A stretch of 64,000 bases of DNA from a bacterium (GTDB taxonomy: Bacteria > Omnitrophota > Gorgyraeia > Duberdicusellales > 4484-171). Where the stretch lies: NCBI GenBank assembly GCA_021796115.1, contig JAJYOP010000006.1, forward strand, positions 8,359 to 72,358. The letters run 5' to 3'. The position numbers were made by a program, and so were the translations under genes. The notes beneath the pieces were generated by a model. The model worked only from the letters and a program-made list of their open reading frames with translations, ran no database searches and was not told the origin of the DNA. Of this stretch, positions 9,120-19,483 are shown in pieces; within the stretch, counting starts at the first letter, position 1, and each line of letters starts with the position of its first letter.

Positions 9120-9776
9120 ATGGAAGAACCGCGCGTCATAAGTTACAGCAGCGAACCTTTCCTCGACAGGCCAGAGGCAGGAAAGCTTTTGGCTGATGAA
9201 TTGAAAAAAATTGTCGAAAAAGATGCGGTTGTATTAGGCATACCAAAAGGCGGAGTGGTAATAGCAAAAGAAATTGCCAAAGATCTTTCTATCGAATTTG
9301 ATATAGTCCTTTCAAGAAAAATAGGCGCGCCATTCAATCCGGAGTTTGCCATAGGGGCAGTTAGCGAAAACGGAAGGATATTTATCGATGAGGAGGCAGC
9401 CGGAGATGTAAGCGCAAGCGATGAATATATAATCAAAGAAAGAGAACGCGAATTAGAGGAAATCAAGCGGCGCCTGAAAGTTTATCGCACGGTAAAACCG
9501 AAAGTAGATCTTGAAGATAAGGCCGTTATAATTTGCGATGATGGTATAGCAACCGGCGCAACTATGCAGGCCAGCCTCTGGGCAATCAAGCAGGAAAACC
9601 CTAAAAAAACCATTGTCGCTGTGCCTATAGCTCCTTACGATAGTCTGGAAAAAATATCAAAGGAAGCAGACGAAACAGTGTGCCTTCGTGTCCCGGATTT
9701 TTTTTCGGCGGTAGGGCAGTTTTATATAAATTTTCTCCAGCTTGACGATAGAGAAATACTGGCACTATTAAAATAA
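9120..9776 (+). CDS. phosphoribosyltransferase-family protein
   Basis: VVLGIPKGGVVIA and VIICDDGIATGATM PRPP-binding motif. ATG at 9120 is preferred over the upstream start that overlaps the PfpI gene. Confidence 0.75.
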   Translation: MEEPRVISYSSEPFLDRPEAGKLLADELKKIVEKDAVVLGIPKGGVVIAKEIAKDLSIEFDIVLSRKIGAPFNPEFAIGAVSENGRIFIDEEAAGDVSASDEYIIKERERELEEIKRRLKVYRTVKPKVDLEDKAVIICDDGIATGATMQASLWAIKQENPKKTIVAVPIAPYDSLEKISKEADETVCLRVPDFFSAVGQFYINFLQLDDREILALLK

Positions 9777-10052
9777 AACTACTCGTGACAACGGAAGAAG
9801 TCAGAAATAAATGATATCGTCAAAGGCTCAGGATGTATTTATTGCTACCGCAAATAGGGAAAATTTTACCCACCCCATCTTTTTGAAAAACCAGGCAAGC
9901 TTGAGAAAGTTGCAGAGCTTGCGTTTACCGGTTTTCTAAATATTTATAACTAAAAATTCAGGATTAAAATTTATAGACTTATTTTTTGTGCTATAATATC
10001 TCCAACAAAAATAACAATTTTAGGTTACGAAAGTTACTTAAACATAAAAACT

Positions 10053-10529
10053 ATGGCTAAAATCTTGCTCACTGAGGAAATGATGAGGTTTCTTGAAAAA
10101 AAAGAATTCATTAATGTAGGGACGTGCGATTTTTCCGGCAGGCCGAATGTTGCGCCTAAATTTATAATAAAAGCCAATGGGAATACTTTATATCTGGCTG
10201 ACTATGTGTTTGGAAAAACATTCAACAACCTGAAAATAAATCCCCGCGTATCTCTATCGACCCTGAACCTCGACACATTGATTGGTTATCAAATAAATGG
10301 AATGTGCGGAATACTCACTAAGGGTAACGAATACCGGAAAATGCTGCGAGAAATGCAAAAAAAGCAGATAAATTTTTCCGTAAACAGGCTGATTGAGGGA
10401 ATCCATCGAGAAAAAAAATACAAAGATTTTGAGGTAACTTTGCCGGAAAAAGTCTGCATATTTAAAATAAGAATAAAGGAAATAGTTTCGATATGGACAA
10501 GCGGGAAACTTAAGAGGGAAAAAATCTAA
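10053..10529 (+). CDS. pyridoxamine 5'-phosphate oxidase-like FMN-binding split-barrel protein (tentative)
   Basis: N-terminal FLEKKEFINVGTCDFSGRPNVAPK pattern typical of the family. Extended -10 tgctataat at 9989-9997. Confidence 0.45.
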   Translation: MAKILLTEEMMRFLEKKEFINVGTCDFSGRPNVAPKFIIKANGNTLYLADYVFGKTFNNLKINPRVSLSTLNLDTLIGYQINGMCGILTKGNEYRKMLREMQKKQINFSVNRLIEGIHREKKYKDFEVTLPEKVCIFKIRIKEIVSIWTSGKLKREKI

Positions 10530-10537
10530 AAACTTAA

Positions 10538-12244
10538 ATGTTACGCATATTAAAAGGTTCATTCAACTCGGGATTTTTTATTGTCCTCATATTTATCTCA
10601 GGTATTCTTTTATCTTATGCCTTTTTCCATATGCATGCCCATATGTTTTCCTGGGTGATTTTGTTATGCGGTGTAATTATAACTTTCATTCTTACGGGTT
10701 ATGTTTTCGGCATTTTAAATAGAGCCCGGCATATAGAATCTCTGATTAAAGAACGTACGCGGGAACTTAGCAATTTGAACGAAGAGTTAAAGAATTTATC
10801 CAGGAAAAATGAATTAATTCTCTCTTCTGCGGGCGAAGGGATACTGGGTGTTGATACTGATGGCAGACACACTTTTTTAAACCCCATGGCTTTAGAAATG
10901 CTTGGGTATACGCCGGAAGAACTTATCGGCGAAGGCAGCCATCAAATATGGCATTATTCAAAAGTAGACGGCGGCATTTATAAGAAAGAAGGCTGTCCGA
11001 TATGTCTAGCATTTAAAGATGGCAAAGTGTATTATGGGAAAAATGAAATTTTTTTCCGTAAAGACGGCTCCACTTTTTATGTTGATTACATAAGCAAACC
11101 GATAATATCTGATGAAAAAATAATTGGCGCTGTAGTAACCTTCAGGGATATCACTGAACGCCGCCTTGCCGAAGAAAAAATAAAACAGGCCGCTCAAGAG
11201 TGGGAGAGGACATTTAATGCTATAACTGACCTTGTTTTTATCCAGGACAGGAACAATTTTATTTTAAAAGCAAACAAAGCGTGCCTAAAAGCCTTAAAAA
11301 TGAAACCGGAAGATGTAATCGGAAGAAAATGTTATGAGGTATTTCACGGTTTAAACGAGCCTTTTCCCGGGTGCCCTTTCGAAAAAACAAAAAAAGACGA
11401 GAAAGCACATACCGAGGAAATTTTTGACCCGAAAATAGGAATCCCGCTCCTTGTAACGACTTCCCCGATTTTTAATGACGCCGGCCGCATGATTGGTTCT
11501 GTGCATATTTCTAAAGATATAAGCCGGATAAAAGAAGTAGAGCGAAAAATGGAAGAAGCGCTGGAAATCGAATCAGATTTTATATCCACAGTTTCTCACG
11601 AATTACGTACGCCGCTTTCTGCAATGAAGGAAGCGATAAATTTGGTGAGTGAAGGTTTAACCGGCCCGGTAACCGGCGAACAGCAGGAATTTTTAATTAT
11701 CGCCAAAAGAAACGTAGAAAGGCTGACAAGATTGATAAATGACGTTTTAGATTTTAAAAAACTTGAATCGGGAAGAGTAATTTTTGATATGCAGGATAAC
11801 AGCATCAACGAGGTTGTCGAAGAGATAAAAGATACAATGATTGCTCTGGCGCAGAATAAAGGGTTAAGCATTAACTTTGAGCTTGACGTAAGTATTAAAA
11901 ATTTTAAATTTGACAGGGATATGATTATACAGGTTTTGACGAACATAATAAATAATGCGATTAAATTTACTGAAAACGGCGGAATAAATATTTCTACCAA
12001 AAAAGAGGCTAATTATGTTACGGTCGCAATAAAAGATACCGGGCCGGGCATAAAAAAAGAAGATATCCCGAAATTATTTCAAAAATTCTCGCAACTCGAG
12101 AAAGGAATATCCAGAAAAACCGGCGGTACGGGCTTAGGGCTTGCTATTTCCAAGGAAATAATAGAAAAACACGGCGGTAAAATCTGGATTGAATCTGAAT
12201 TTTCAAAAGGCACTACTTTTTATTTCACTTTACCGAACATCTAA
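10538..12244 (+). CDS. membrane-anchored tandem-PAS sensor histidine kinase
   Basis: Two N-terminal TM helices and two PAS-like regions. H-box SHELRTPL. ATPase boxes NNAIKFT, DTGPGI, GTGLGLAI. Confidence 0.9.
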   Translation: MLRILKGSFNSGFFIVLIFISGILLSYAFFHMHAHMFSWVILLCGVIITFILTGYVFGILNRARHIESLIKERTRELSNLNEELKNLSRKNELILSSAGEGILGVDTDGRHTFLNPMALEMLGYTPEELIGEGSHQIWHYSKVDGGIYKKEGCPICLAFKDGKVYYGKNEIFFRKDGSTFYVDYISKPIISDEKIIGAVVTFRDITERRLAEEKIKQAAQEWERTFNAITDLVFIQDRNNFILKANKACLKALKMKPEDVIGRKCYEVFHGLNEPFPGCPFEKTKKDEKAHTEEIFDPKIGIPLLVTTSPIFNDAGRMIGSVHISKDISRIKEVERKMEEALEIESDFISTVSHELRTPLSAMKEAINLVSEGLTGPVTGEQQEFLIIAKRNVERLTRLINDVLDFKKLESGRVIFDMQDNSINEVVEEIKDTMIALAQNKGLSINFELDVSIKNFKFDRDMIIQVLTNIINNAIKFTENGGINISTKKEANYVTVAIKDTGPGIKKEDIPKLFQKFSQLEKGISRKTGGTGLGLAISKEIIEKHGGKIWIESEFSKGTTFYFTLPNI

Positions 12245-12257
12245 CCGCTGAAATTTA

Positions 12258-12377
12258 ACCCTTTTTGCCAGAATTCCACAAGCGAAGCCCGGGGGCTGGT
12301 GGCGGAAAGTGGCGTCGCCCGCGCTTTAAGCGGGCAAAATAAAAATGGCCCACGGGCTTTAGCCGTGCGGGTTTCAG
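12258..12377 (+). repeat. R1 repeat copy C
   Basis: aaccctttttgccagaattcc...ggcggaaagtggcgtcgcccgcgctttaagcgggcaaaataaaaatggcccacgggctttagccgtgcgggtttcag. Confidence 0.85.
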
Positions 12378-12392
12378 ATGCTGAGGCATAAG

Positions 12393-13313
12393 ATGAGTCA
12401 TAATAACACAAAAAGCAAATATTGGCGTTACCGCGTCCTAATGGAAACGGTAATATCGCTTATCATATTTTTTATATCCATCAATTCAGGTTATGCGCTT
12501 GATTGGAAGAACCTGCACGAAGAGGCAGACAGAAAAAGCGTAGAGGAGGCAGTAAGAATACAAAGGGAATATCCTGATTCAAGCGAAAATTTATATGTCC
12601 TCGGGCTCTGCTATTTAGATAAGCATATGGACAAAAAAGCAAATCTGGTTTTTAAGGACCTCGCAGCAAGAGAACCTGGTTTAGTTGAAGCAAGGTGGGG
12701 TTTAGCTGAATGTTTACGCAGGGCGCACAAGCTGGATGAAAGCGAGAGGATGCTTAAAAAGATTATCCGCGAACAACCGTCATTTTCTCCTGCTTACATA
12801 AGCCTGGCTTATATAAAATATACAAAAATGAAATTCAATGATTCGGTCAGGCTGGCATATAAAGTAATAAAACAGGGTAAGAAGAATGTTGACCTGACAA
12901 ATTATACGAGAGCCTATCTAATGCTTGCCGGCGCTAAAGGAATGATTGCGCACTATGGAGGCCCTCTTTCAAAAGCCATAAATGGAACTTTTGTCTTTTC
13001 TAAACTCAAAAAAGCTCAAAGATTCTCCCCGCAATATGCAGGAGTTTTATTCGGCATGGGAAGTTTCTACCTCCTTGCGCCGAAATTCGCCGGCGGTAAT
13101 ATTCATAAAGCAGAAGATTATTTGAAAAAAGCCATTGCTGCCGATCCATTATTTTCCGATGCCTACGCCAGGCTTTCTCAGGTGTATCAGCAGAAAAGAG
13201 ACGGCAAGAAGGCAAAATTTTATTTAGAAAAAGCTTTACGGATTGATTCCGGAAGCGAGCTCGCGCTTGATATAAAAAGCGGCAGATGCAAATTTATTTG
13301 CGTTACAAAGTAG
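12393..13313 (+). CDS. TPR-repeat protein, probably exported
   Basis: TPR-like helical repeats. Hydrophobic N-terminus. The start is uncertain because the 12378 start abuts repeat R1. Confidence 0.6.
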   Translation: MSHNNTKSKYWRYRVLMETVISLIIFFISINSGYALDWKNLHEEADRKSVEEAVRIQREYPDSSENLYVLGLCYLDKHMDKKANLVFKDLAAREPGLVEARWGLAECLRRAHKLDESERMLKKIIREQPSFSPAYISLAYIKYTKMKFNDSVRLAYKVIKQGKKNVDLTNYTRAYLMLAGAKGMIAHYGGPLSKAINGTFVFSKLKKAQRFSPQYAGVLFGMGSFYLLAPKFAGGNIHKAEDYLKKAIAADPLFSDAYARLSQVYQQKRDGKKAKFYLEKALRIDSGSELALDIKSGRCKFICVTK

Positions 13314-14367
13314 GCGCAAAAAGCCAGCCTAATTCAAGAATTTCTTCAGAATAGCTTCTTAACATTTCCTTATATTGCGGTTTAATCGTCGAAGAGGAAA
13401 TCGTCTTTTTTGCTTTTTTGATAGACGCGGAGATCTCATTTTTGCAATAATCAAGCGCACCGGTTTCTTCCGTTATGACGCGGATTTTTTCAAGATCAGG
13501 CTTATTGGGGTTTTCCCTGGACATTATTTTTTTTATAAAAATCTTCTGTTTCCTTGAAGCTTTTTTGTAAGCATACCAGATAAGAAGCGTTTTTTTTGCT
13601 TCTTTCAAATCTGTAAGCGTCGATTTACCTGTTTCTTTCTCGTCGCCAAACATATCTAAGATATCATCTTTTATCTGGAAAGCTCTGCCAAGGTGTATGC
13701 CATAGTCATATAATTTCTTAATTTCTTTTTTACCGGCTCCGGCAAGAGTTGCGCCCATTATCAAAGGAGCTGAAAAAGTGTAGTAAGCTGTTTTTAAATC
13801 GTAAATTTTGTAAATATCATTCTTGTTTATCCTGCCGATGCTTTTAAGCCCGGCTAAGAGTTCGATAAACTCTCCGCTGCCGGTACGCATCGCCGCATCC
13901 GTAAGTATCCTAAGCGCTTTTTCTTTTGCTTCGTATTTTTCATTTATAGATAAAAATGCCTGCAGGCTCATCGCATAGATTATGTCGCCAATTACGATAC
14001 TTAAATCCTCGCCGCTGAACTTTGCACCTTTAGATTTAGAAAGATAGCTTGCAAGCATTGTGTGCATTGATGGTTTGCCGCGCCTGGTTTTTGACTTATC
14101 TATCACATCATCGTGGATGAGCATGAAATCATGCAGGAGCTCTAAAGAGATAGCGCTCCGATAAAAGCCTTGCGGAGTTCTGTTGCAAAAACCCCGGTAG
14201 CCTGCAATAAATAAAATAGGCCTGATGCGCTTTCCCTCCCGCAGAATGAAATTTTTTATATGCTTAAAGAGAATGCCGGATACTTTATGCAGGGAATATA
14301 ATTGTTCCGACTGGCGGGCATAATTGATAAGTTCAGCTTCGATTTTATTTTTTATTTTCAAAAACAT
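13303..14367 (-). CDS. polyprenyl diphosphate synthase (trans-isoprenyl diphosphate synthase family)
   Basis: First DDxxD motif is LIHDDVIDKSKTRRG, second is IKDDILD. The only convincing minus-strand gene. Internal Met (MFLKIK) taken as start. Confidence 0.85.
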   Translation of the reverse strand: MFLKIKNKIEAELINYARQSEQLYSLHKVSGILFKHIKNFILREGKRIRPILFIAGYRGFCNRTPQGFYRSAISLELLHDFMLIHDDVIDKSKTRRGKPSMHTMLASYLSKSKGAKFSGEDLSIVIGDIIYAMSLQAFLSINEKYEAKEKALRILTDAAMRTGSGEFIELLAGLKSIGRINKNDIYKIYDLKTAYYTFSAPLIMGATLAGAGKKEIKKLYDYGIHLGRAFQIKDDILDMFGDEKETGKSTLTDLKEAKKTLLIWYAYKKASRKQKIFIKKIMSRENPNKPDLEKIRVITEETGALDYCKNEISASIKKAKKTISSSTIKPQYKEMLRSYSEEILELGWLFAPTL

Positions 14368-14524
14368 GGCTTTATGGTAGCATAGGGTCAAAAGTAATGC
14401 AAATGAAATAACCAAGTTCTAAGAGACAATAATCCCAGGAGGGATAGGTCTTCCTGTATACATTTATAAGGAAGGCCCTAACCCCAAAGGGGTAGGGCTT
14501 CCTATACCTTTAAAGGAAGGCCCT

Positions 14525-14701
14525 AACCAAACAATGACCAAATCGCAAATCCCAAGTACCAAACAAATTCCAATATCCAATGTTTCAAATTCTAAACAAA
14601 ATGAGTTTGGAACATTGGAATTTGGAAATTGGAATTTATTTGGAATTTGGGATTTGGAGCTTGTAGTTTGTTTGTATCTTGTATCTTGGTTATTGGTTAT
14701 T
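14525..14701. repeat. ccaaat/atttgg long hairpin family, copy 1
   Basis: aaccaaacaatgaccaaatcgcaaatccc...ctaaacaaaatgagtttgg...ggaatttgggatttgg...cttggttattggtt. Related to copies at 44089, 55442, 56624 and 59509. Confidence 0.85.
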
Positions 14702-14717
14702 CCTCGAAATTGAATTT

Positions 14718-15611
14718 ATGATACGTAACTTTATTCAAGCCATCCGTCTCCCATTTATTACCGCAAGCCTCCTGCCATTTTTCTTTGGTTCGTTCATAGT
14801 CAGGAAACATTTCGCTTTCGCAGGTTTCGTCCTCGGCCTTATCGCCGCACTTTCTACGCATATAAGCGCAAATCTTATAAACGATTATGGTGATTCCCGT
14901 TCTGGCGCCGACTGGCATGATAAAAAAGCATATAAGTTTTTTGGCGGTTCAAAATTAATCCAACAAAACATATTTTCCGAAAAATTTTACCTGACAAGCG
15001 CAATTATTTTTATTTTAATTTCGGCTGCGTCGGTTGCTTTATTGTCAGTAGTATTAAAAAGTTATTTTGTCTTAGCCATTTATGCAATAATTGCTACCTT
15101 AAGCTGGCTTTACTCAATATCTCCTTTGAGATTTTCTTATCATAGAGTGGGGGAGGTGTTTCTTTTCTTGCTCTTCGGCCCGGCTCCAGTTATGGGCGGA
15201 TATTTTATCCAGACAGGAATATTTCCTGATTTCAAAAGCTTTCTCTTATCTCTGCCTTTCGGAATGTTTACGACAGCCATACTCTTTGCCAATGAAGTTC
15301 CTGATTTTGCTGACGACCAGAAAGCCGGGAAGAATACCTGGGTCAGTTTAATCGGGCCGCAAAATTGCTTCATTTTTTATTACTTTTTAATCTTTTCCGG
15401 TTTCTTTTTAATTTTATTGAATGTGCTTTTTGCTTTCTTAAGCCCGTTTGCTTTATTCACATTTTTCTTTGTGATACCTGCGCTTCAGGCAGCGCAAATA
15501 ATAAAAAAATCTTTCGAAAATAAAACAGAGTTAATAAAATCTTCCAAACTTACCATTATGGTGCAAAATCTTGTAGCTGTCTGTTTGGTGCTGGTAATAC
15601 TTTTTTCCTAG
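14718..15611 (+). CDS. UbiA-family aromatic prenyltransferase (MenA-like)
   Basis: NDYGDSRSGAD motif and multiple TM helices. The start at 14679 in the ORF track lies inside the hairpin repeat, so ATG 14718 is preferred. Confidence 0.75.
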   Translation: MIRNFIQAIRLPFITASLLPFFFGSFIVRKHFAFAGFVLGLIAALSTHISANLINDYGDSRSGADWHDKKAYKFFGGSKLIQQNIFSEKFYLTSAIIFILISAASVALLSVVLKSYFVLAIYAIIATLSWLYSISPLRFSYHRVGEVFLFLLFGPAPVMGGYFIQTGIFPDFKSFLLSLPFGMFTTAILFANEVPDFADDQKAGKNTWVSLIGPQNCFIFYYFLIFSGFFLILLNVLFAFLSPFALFTFFFVIPALQAAQIIKKSFENKTELIKSSKLTIMVQNLVAVCLVLVILFS

Positions 15612-15684
15612 CCTAGTGCCGGCAGGTCGATATTTGAAATAAGTTTATCTCAATAATTGTAATCTAAAACAAGGGGGGTGCACG

Positions 15685-16080
15685 ATGATTGATATTGTTA
15701 TTCTTATTTTGCGCTTATGTTTGGCGGTTGTGTTTATAGGCCACGGCATGCAATTTGCTTTTGGCGCTTTTGGCGGCCCGGGAATCCAGGGGGTCTCTTC
15801 GATGCTTACGAATTTGGGGTTTAAACAAGTTTTGTTCTGGGCGTATTTATCGGCATACACCCAGCTTATCGCAGGAATACTTCTTGCCCTTGGATTGTTC
15901 AGCCGGTTTGCGGCTTTTTCCATATTTATTTTTATGATTGTTGCGGTTATCAAGGTCCATCTCGCTAAAGGGTTCTTCATGCAATCAGGCGGATTTGAAT
16001 ATAATTTTGTGCTTATCTGTATATGTATTGTTTTAATGCTGTCCGGATCGGGAAAGTTCGGTATAACTCCTAAATTATAG
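15685..16080 (+). CDS. DoxX-family membrane protein
   Basis: LRLCLAVVFIGHGMQ...four-TM DoxX pattern. Confidence 0.7.
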   Translation: MIDIVILILRLCLAVVFIGHGMQFAFGAFGGPGIQGVSSMLTNLGFKQVLFWAYLSAYTQLIAGILLALGLFSRFAAFSIFIFMIVAVIKVHLAKGFFMQSGGFEYNFVLICICIVLMLSGSGKFGITPKL

Positions 16081-16332
16081 ATGGAGAAGTTAATTTATTT
16101 ACTTTTAGCTACAGGTTTTCTTTCAGGATTTTTTGCAGGATTGCTATTGGCAGCGAAGCCGCGGCTTGCCATAGAATTACAGAAAATATTTTACGCAAAA
16201 ATAAATTGGAGGATGGAGCCAATTTCTATGGAAAAAGAAATCCGCAACACTCGGATAATGGGCATTTTTTTAATCATTGTAACCGTCATTGGAACGGTTA
16301 TTGCTTTATTGCGATGGGAAAAAATTGTATAA
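16081..16332 (+). CDS. small membrane protein
   Basis: Two predicted TM helices. Start abuts the DoxX stop. Confidence 0.5.
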   Translation: MEKLIYLLLATGFLSGFFAGLLLAAKPRLAIELQKIFYAKINWRMEPISMEKEIRNTRIMGIFLIIVTVIGTVIALLRWEKIV

Positions 16333-16436
16333 ATTTTTATTTGCTTTCTGATTTTTTTTAGTTTAATATAAGATTAACTTTAAAGTTTATTCACCCCTTA
16401 AGGCAGGATGGCGGTTCGCGAAATTTTGCTTAAAAG

Positions 16437-17522
16437 ATGGTCAAATTTGACGAAATCATTTCCGGTTCTTTAGAATGGACGGTAACGGTCTTGTTCAGGC
16501 CTTTTTCTCCGAAGAAATGGCTTATCTTGGGTTTTGTCGCCTTAATGGCAGGGGCCCTTATGGGCGGTAATCTCAATTTACGCTCAGGCAGCCGTGATTA
16601 CCGCGTAAAAGAAACCAAAACCGAAGAGCTATCCCCGCAAAAATCCATAGAAAAGTCAAAAACCCCGGCTGTCCCGGCTAAAGTCCGGCTCAAAAATGCA
16701 ATTAAATCTTACCTGCGAGACATGCGGGGCAGTGGTTTTACCGGTATATTTATAGGGGTAGTTTTTATACTTTTTATAATACTTATAATATTTATCTGGC
16801 TCGGCGCACGCTTCCATTTTATATTTCTTGAAGATGTGATCAAAAATGATGCTTCAATAGTTCTGCCTTTTAAAAGCAACAAAGGCATAGGCAACTCTTT
16901 TTTCCAATTTAATATTCTATTTTTATTAATTTTTGCAATTGTATTTGGTTTAATTATTTTCGGCTGCATTCTAGCTTTGATAAAAATCGGAGCCTTCAAC
17001 CAGCAGGTATCGCCCGATTTTCTTAAAATTTTATCTGTAATCTTGCCATTTACCTTATTGCTTATATTAGCGATACTGATCTCTGTATTTATATTTATTA
17101 TTGTAGAAGATTTTGCGCTCATTATTATGTTAAAAGACAGAATAAAAATTACAGCAGCGATTAAAAAAGCCATGGCAATTTTAGGTGCAAACAAGGCAAA
17201 TTTCCTACTCTATGTTCTTATTAAATGGGGCCTGGCCATTTGCTCATCAATTATTTATGGAGTTATGTATTTTGTGACCTTCTTTGGATTGCTTTTTCCT
17301 GCAGTAACATCCGCTTCATTTTTATATTTTATTTACCGAACAATACCTAAAAATATCCAATCTGTTTTTTTAATGGTTATTGTTGTCATGGCCATATCCA
17401 TTTTGATATTTTTGTGGTACTGTTTCGCCTGTATGTCTTTACCATTTGCCGTTTTCTTCAGAACATTCAGTGTGAAATTTTTAGGAAGGCTCGATAACAG
17501 GTACGATCTTTTTAAGTACTAG
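16437..17522 (+). CDS. polytopic membrane protein of unknown function
   Basis: 361-aa ORF with several long hydrophobic segments. Confidence 0.6.
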   Translation: MVKFDEIISGSLEWTVTVLFRPFSPKKWLILGFVALMAGALMGGNLNLRSGSRDYRVKETKTEELSPQKSIEKSKTPAVPAKVRLKNAIKSYLRDMRGSGFTGIFIGVVFILFIILIIFIWLGARFHFIFLEDVIKNDASIVLPFKSNKGIGNSFFQFNILFLLIFAIVFGLIIFGCILALIKIGAFNQQVSPDFLKILSVILPFTLLLILAILISVFIFIIVEDFALIIMLKDRIKITAAIKKAMAILGANKANFLLYVLIKWGLAICSSIIYGVMYFVTFFGLLFPAVTSASFLYFIYRTIPKNIQSVFLMVIVVMAISILIFLWYCFACMSLPFAVFFRTFSVKFLGRLDNRYDLFKY

Positions 17523-17626
17523 TTTTAGGTTACGAAGATTACACTTTAACCACGAGGTTATAAATGTAACTTTCGTAACTTCCCGTAACATCCGTAACCT
17601 TCGTAACATATAATAGGGAGAAGGAA

Positions 17627-18388
17627 ATGAATTGTATAAATCATCCCGATAAAGAAGCCAAAGGCGTATGCAATCTTTGCGCCAAAACCATATGTTCCGA
17701 TTGCGCCGTTCTATTAAAAGGTGAGTTGTACTGCAAGAATTGCCTTCCTGCAAAAATGGGCGAAGCAAAAAGGCAGGAACATTCCCCGGCATTAGCCGCT
17801 ATTTTGAGTTTCGTAATCGCTGGTTTAGGCCAAATTTATAACGGCCAGGTCTGGAAAGGCTTATTAATATTTGTAACTTCATGGCTGGTATTTCCCTGGA
17901 TTATAGGTATTTTTGACGCATATTTTACTGGCAAAAAAATCAATGAAGGAAAAATTATTTTTAAGAAGAAAACCGGCTGCCTTATCGCGATGATAGTCGG
18001 GGTATTTTTATTATGGATAATGATTCTTATTCTTTTTTTAATTGCGGTGATAGCTGCGCCGGGCATACTTAAGGCAAAAGGAATGGCTGATGAGCAGGCT
18101 GCCAAATCGACTCTGCGGTCTGTATCGGCTGCGTTTGAGCTATATGCGACAGAGAACAATAATATATATCCGGAAAGTGAAGCAAGTTTAATCGCAATGC
18201 CGCCGCTTAATAACCGCAAAGTTCATGGTTATTTTTTTCGCGAAGAGCTCAAAACATCCGGCTATAAAATTACCGCAATTCCAGCTTATTGCTATAAAGG
18301 TATACATGCTTTTATAATTGAGACTGGCGGCAAATTATCGCAAGAAGATTGTAGGCTTGGGATCGATTCATATCACGACGGAAATTAG
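17627..18388 (+). CDS. zinc-ribbon (B-box-like) / TM2-like / pilin-like domain membrane protein
   Basis: CINHP..CNLC..CSDC..YCKNC, then SPALAAILSFVIAGLGQIYNG, then TM + APGILKAKGMADEQAAKSTLRSVSAAFELYATENNNIYP, which resembles the alpha1-C region of type IV pilins. Confidence 0.6.
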   Translation: MNCINHPDKEAKGVCNLCAKTICSDCAVLLKGELYCKNCLPAKMGEAKRQEHSPALAAILSFVIAGLGQIYNGQVWKGLLIFVTSWLVFPWIIGIFDAYFTGKKINEGKIIFKKKTGCLIAMIVGVFLLWIMILILFLIAVIAAPGILKAKGMADEQAAKSTLRSVSAAFELYATENNNIYPESEASLIAMPPLNNRKVHGYFFREELKTSGYKITAIPAYCYKGIHAFIIETGGKLSQEDCRLGIDSYHDGN

Positions 18389-18441
18389 TCCATAGTCGAC
18401 AAATTTAAGACTACGGATTGTCGACTAAAGGAAGGAGGTTT

Positions 18442-19416
18442 ATGCGTAATAAAATACTATCTTTGCTGGTTTTATCTTTTTTGGTTTGTGCCAGTCTTTT
18501 TGCTGATACCATTCTACTTAAATCCGGCAAAACAGTTGAGGGAAAAATAATAGAAAAGACCAGTGGCTCGGTAAAATTAGAAATCGAAGGCATACCCTTG
18601 ACTTATTATATTAGCGATATAGATTCAATAAATGGGCAAAAGATAGCTCAAAATTCCGGAAGTTCTAATCCTACTGCAATATCATCCACTCCCCGGGAAA
18701 ACCCCTCTATTCCGGAGCAGCGGAAAGTCGCAGCAACCGGAATAACTACAACTAATAATCAGACTCCTTCTGCCGGTGAAACGGATTTGTTTAAAGAAAA
18801 AGAAGTAAAAAATGAACAATCAGAAGCGAATCCGGAAAATAAGTCATATTTAGATTATTCAGACAGCAGAAAATTATCTTTGAATAAAATGGCTCCCGGC
18901 CAGGCCGGCATTGCGGCAGGATTTCTTGCCGGCATCTTCTTGTTTATGGCAATCTTTATTATTGTAACCTATATTTATTCCGCAATCTGCCTTTCCTTTA
19001 TCGCAAAAAAAACAAACTCCGGGCCTTCCTTCCTGGCTTGGATTCCTTTTGCGCATCATTTTCTAAGATTCAAAATTGCAAACACGAGCTATCTCTGGAT
19101 ATTTATTCCCATAGGTGTATTCATTATCGGTTTAATAAGCGGAATGTCTTCTGCTATAATGGGTGCCTTAAGCGGAGCGAGCAAATTTCCGGCCGCAGCA
19201 GTTAATCCTTTAACTATAATAATAAATTTTTTCCTTAGTGCAGTTTATGCTGCTTTTTCCGGTTTTGTCTGGTATAAAATCGCCCTGGCAAGAAATAAAC
19301 CAAGCTGGATTGGCGCTTTGATGGCGATAAGTATTTTAAATGGCCTGCCAATTATCTCTTTCTTATCGATTGTCGGCTGTTTAGTGATAATGGGTTATTT
19401 GGCTTTTGCCGAATAA
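18442..19416 (+). CDS. exported/membrane protein of unknown function
   Basis: ATG 18442 after aggagg. Signal peptide, low-complexity linker, C-terminal multi-TM region. Confidence 0.6.
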   Translation: MRNKILSLLVLSFLVCASLFADTILLKSGKTVEGKIIEKTSGSVKLEIEGIPLTYYISDIDSINGQKIAQNSGSSNPTAISSTPRENPSIPEQRKVAATGITTTNNQTPSAGETDLFKEKEVKNEQSEANPENKSYLDYSDSRKLSLNKMAPGQAGIAAGFLAGIFLFMAIFIIVTYIYSAICLSFIAKKTNSGPSFLAWIPFAHHFLRFKIANTSYLWIFIPIGVFIIGLISGMSSAIMGALSGASKFPAAAVNPLTIIINFFLSAVYAAFSGFVWYKIALARNKPSWIGALMAISILNGLPIISFLSIVGCLVIMGYLAFAE

Positions 19417-19483
19417 TTCCAGGCCAACAAGCTTCTACCTCAAGCATTGACAACTCATTGTTTAACCCCTATAGTATTCCGAT

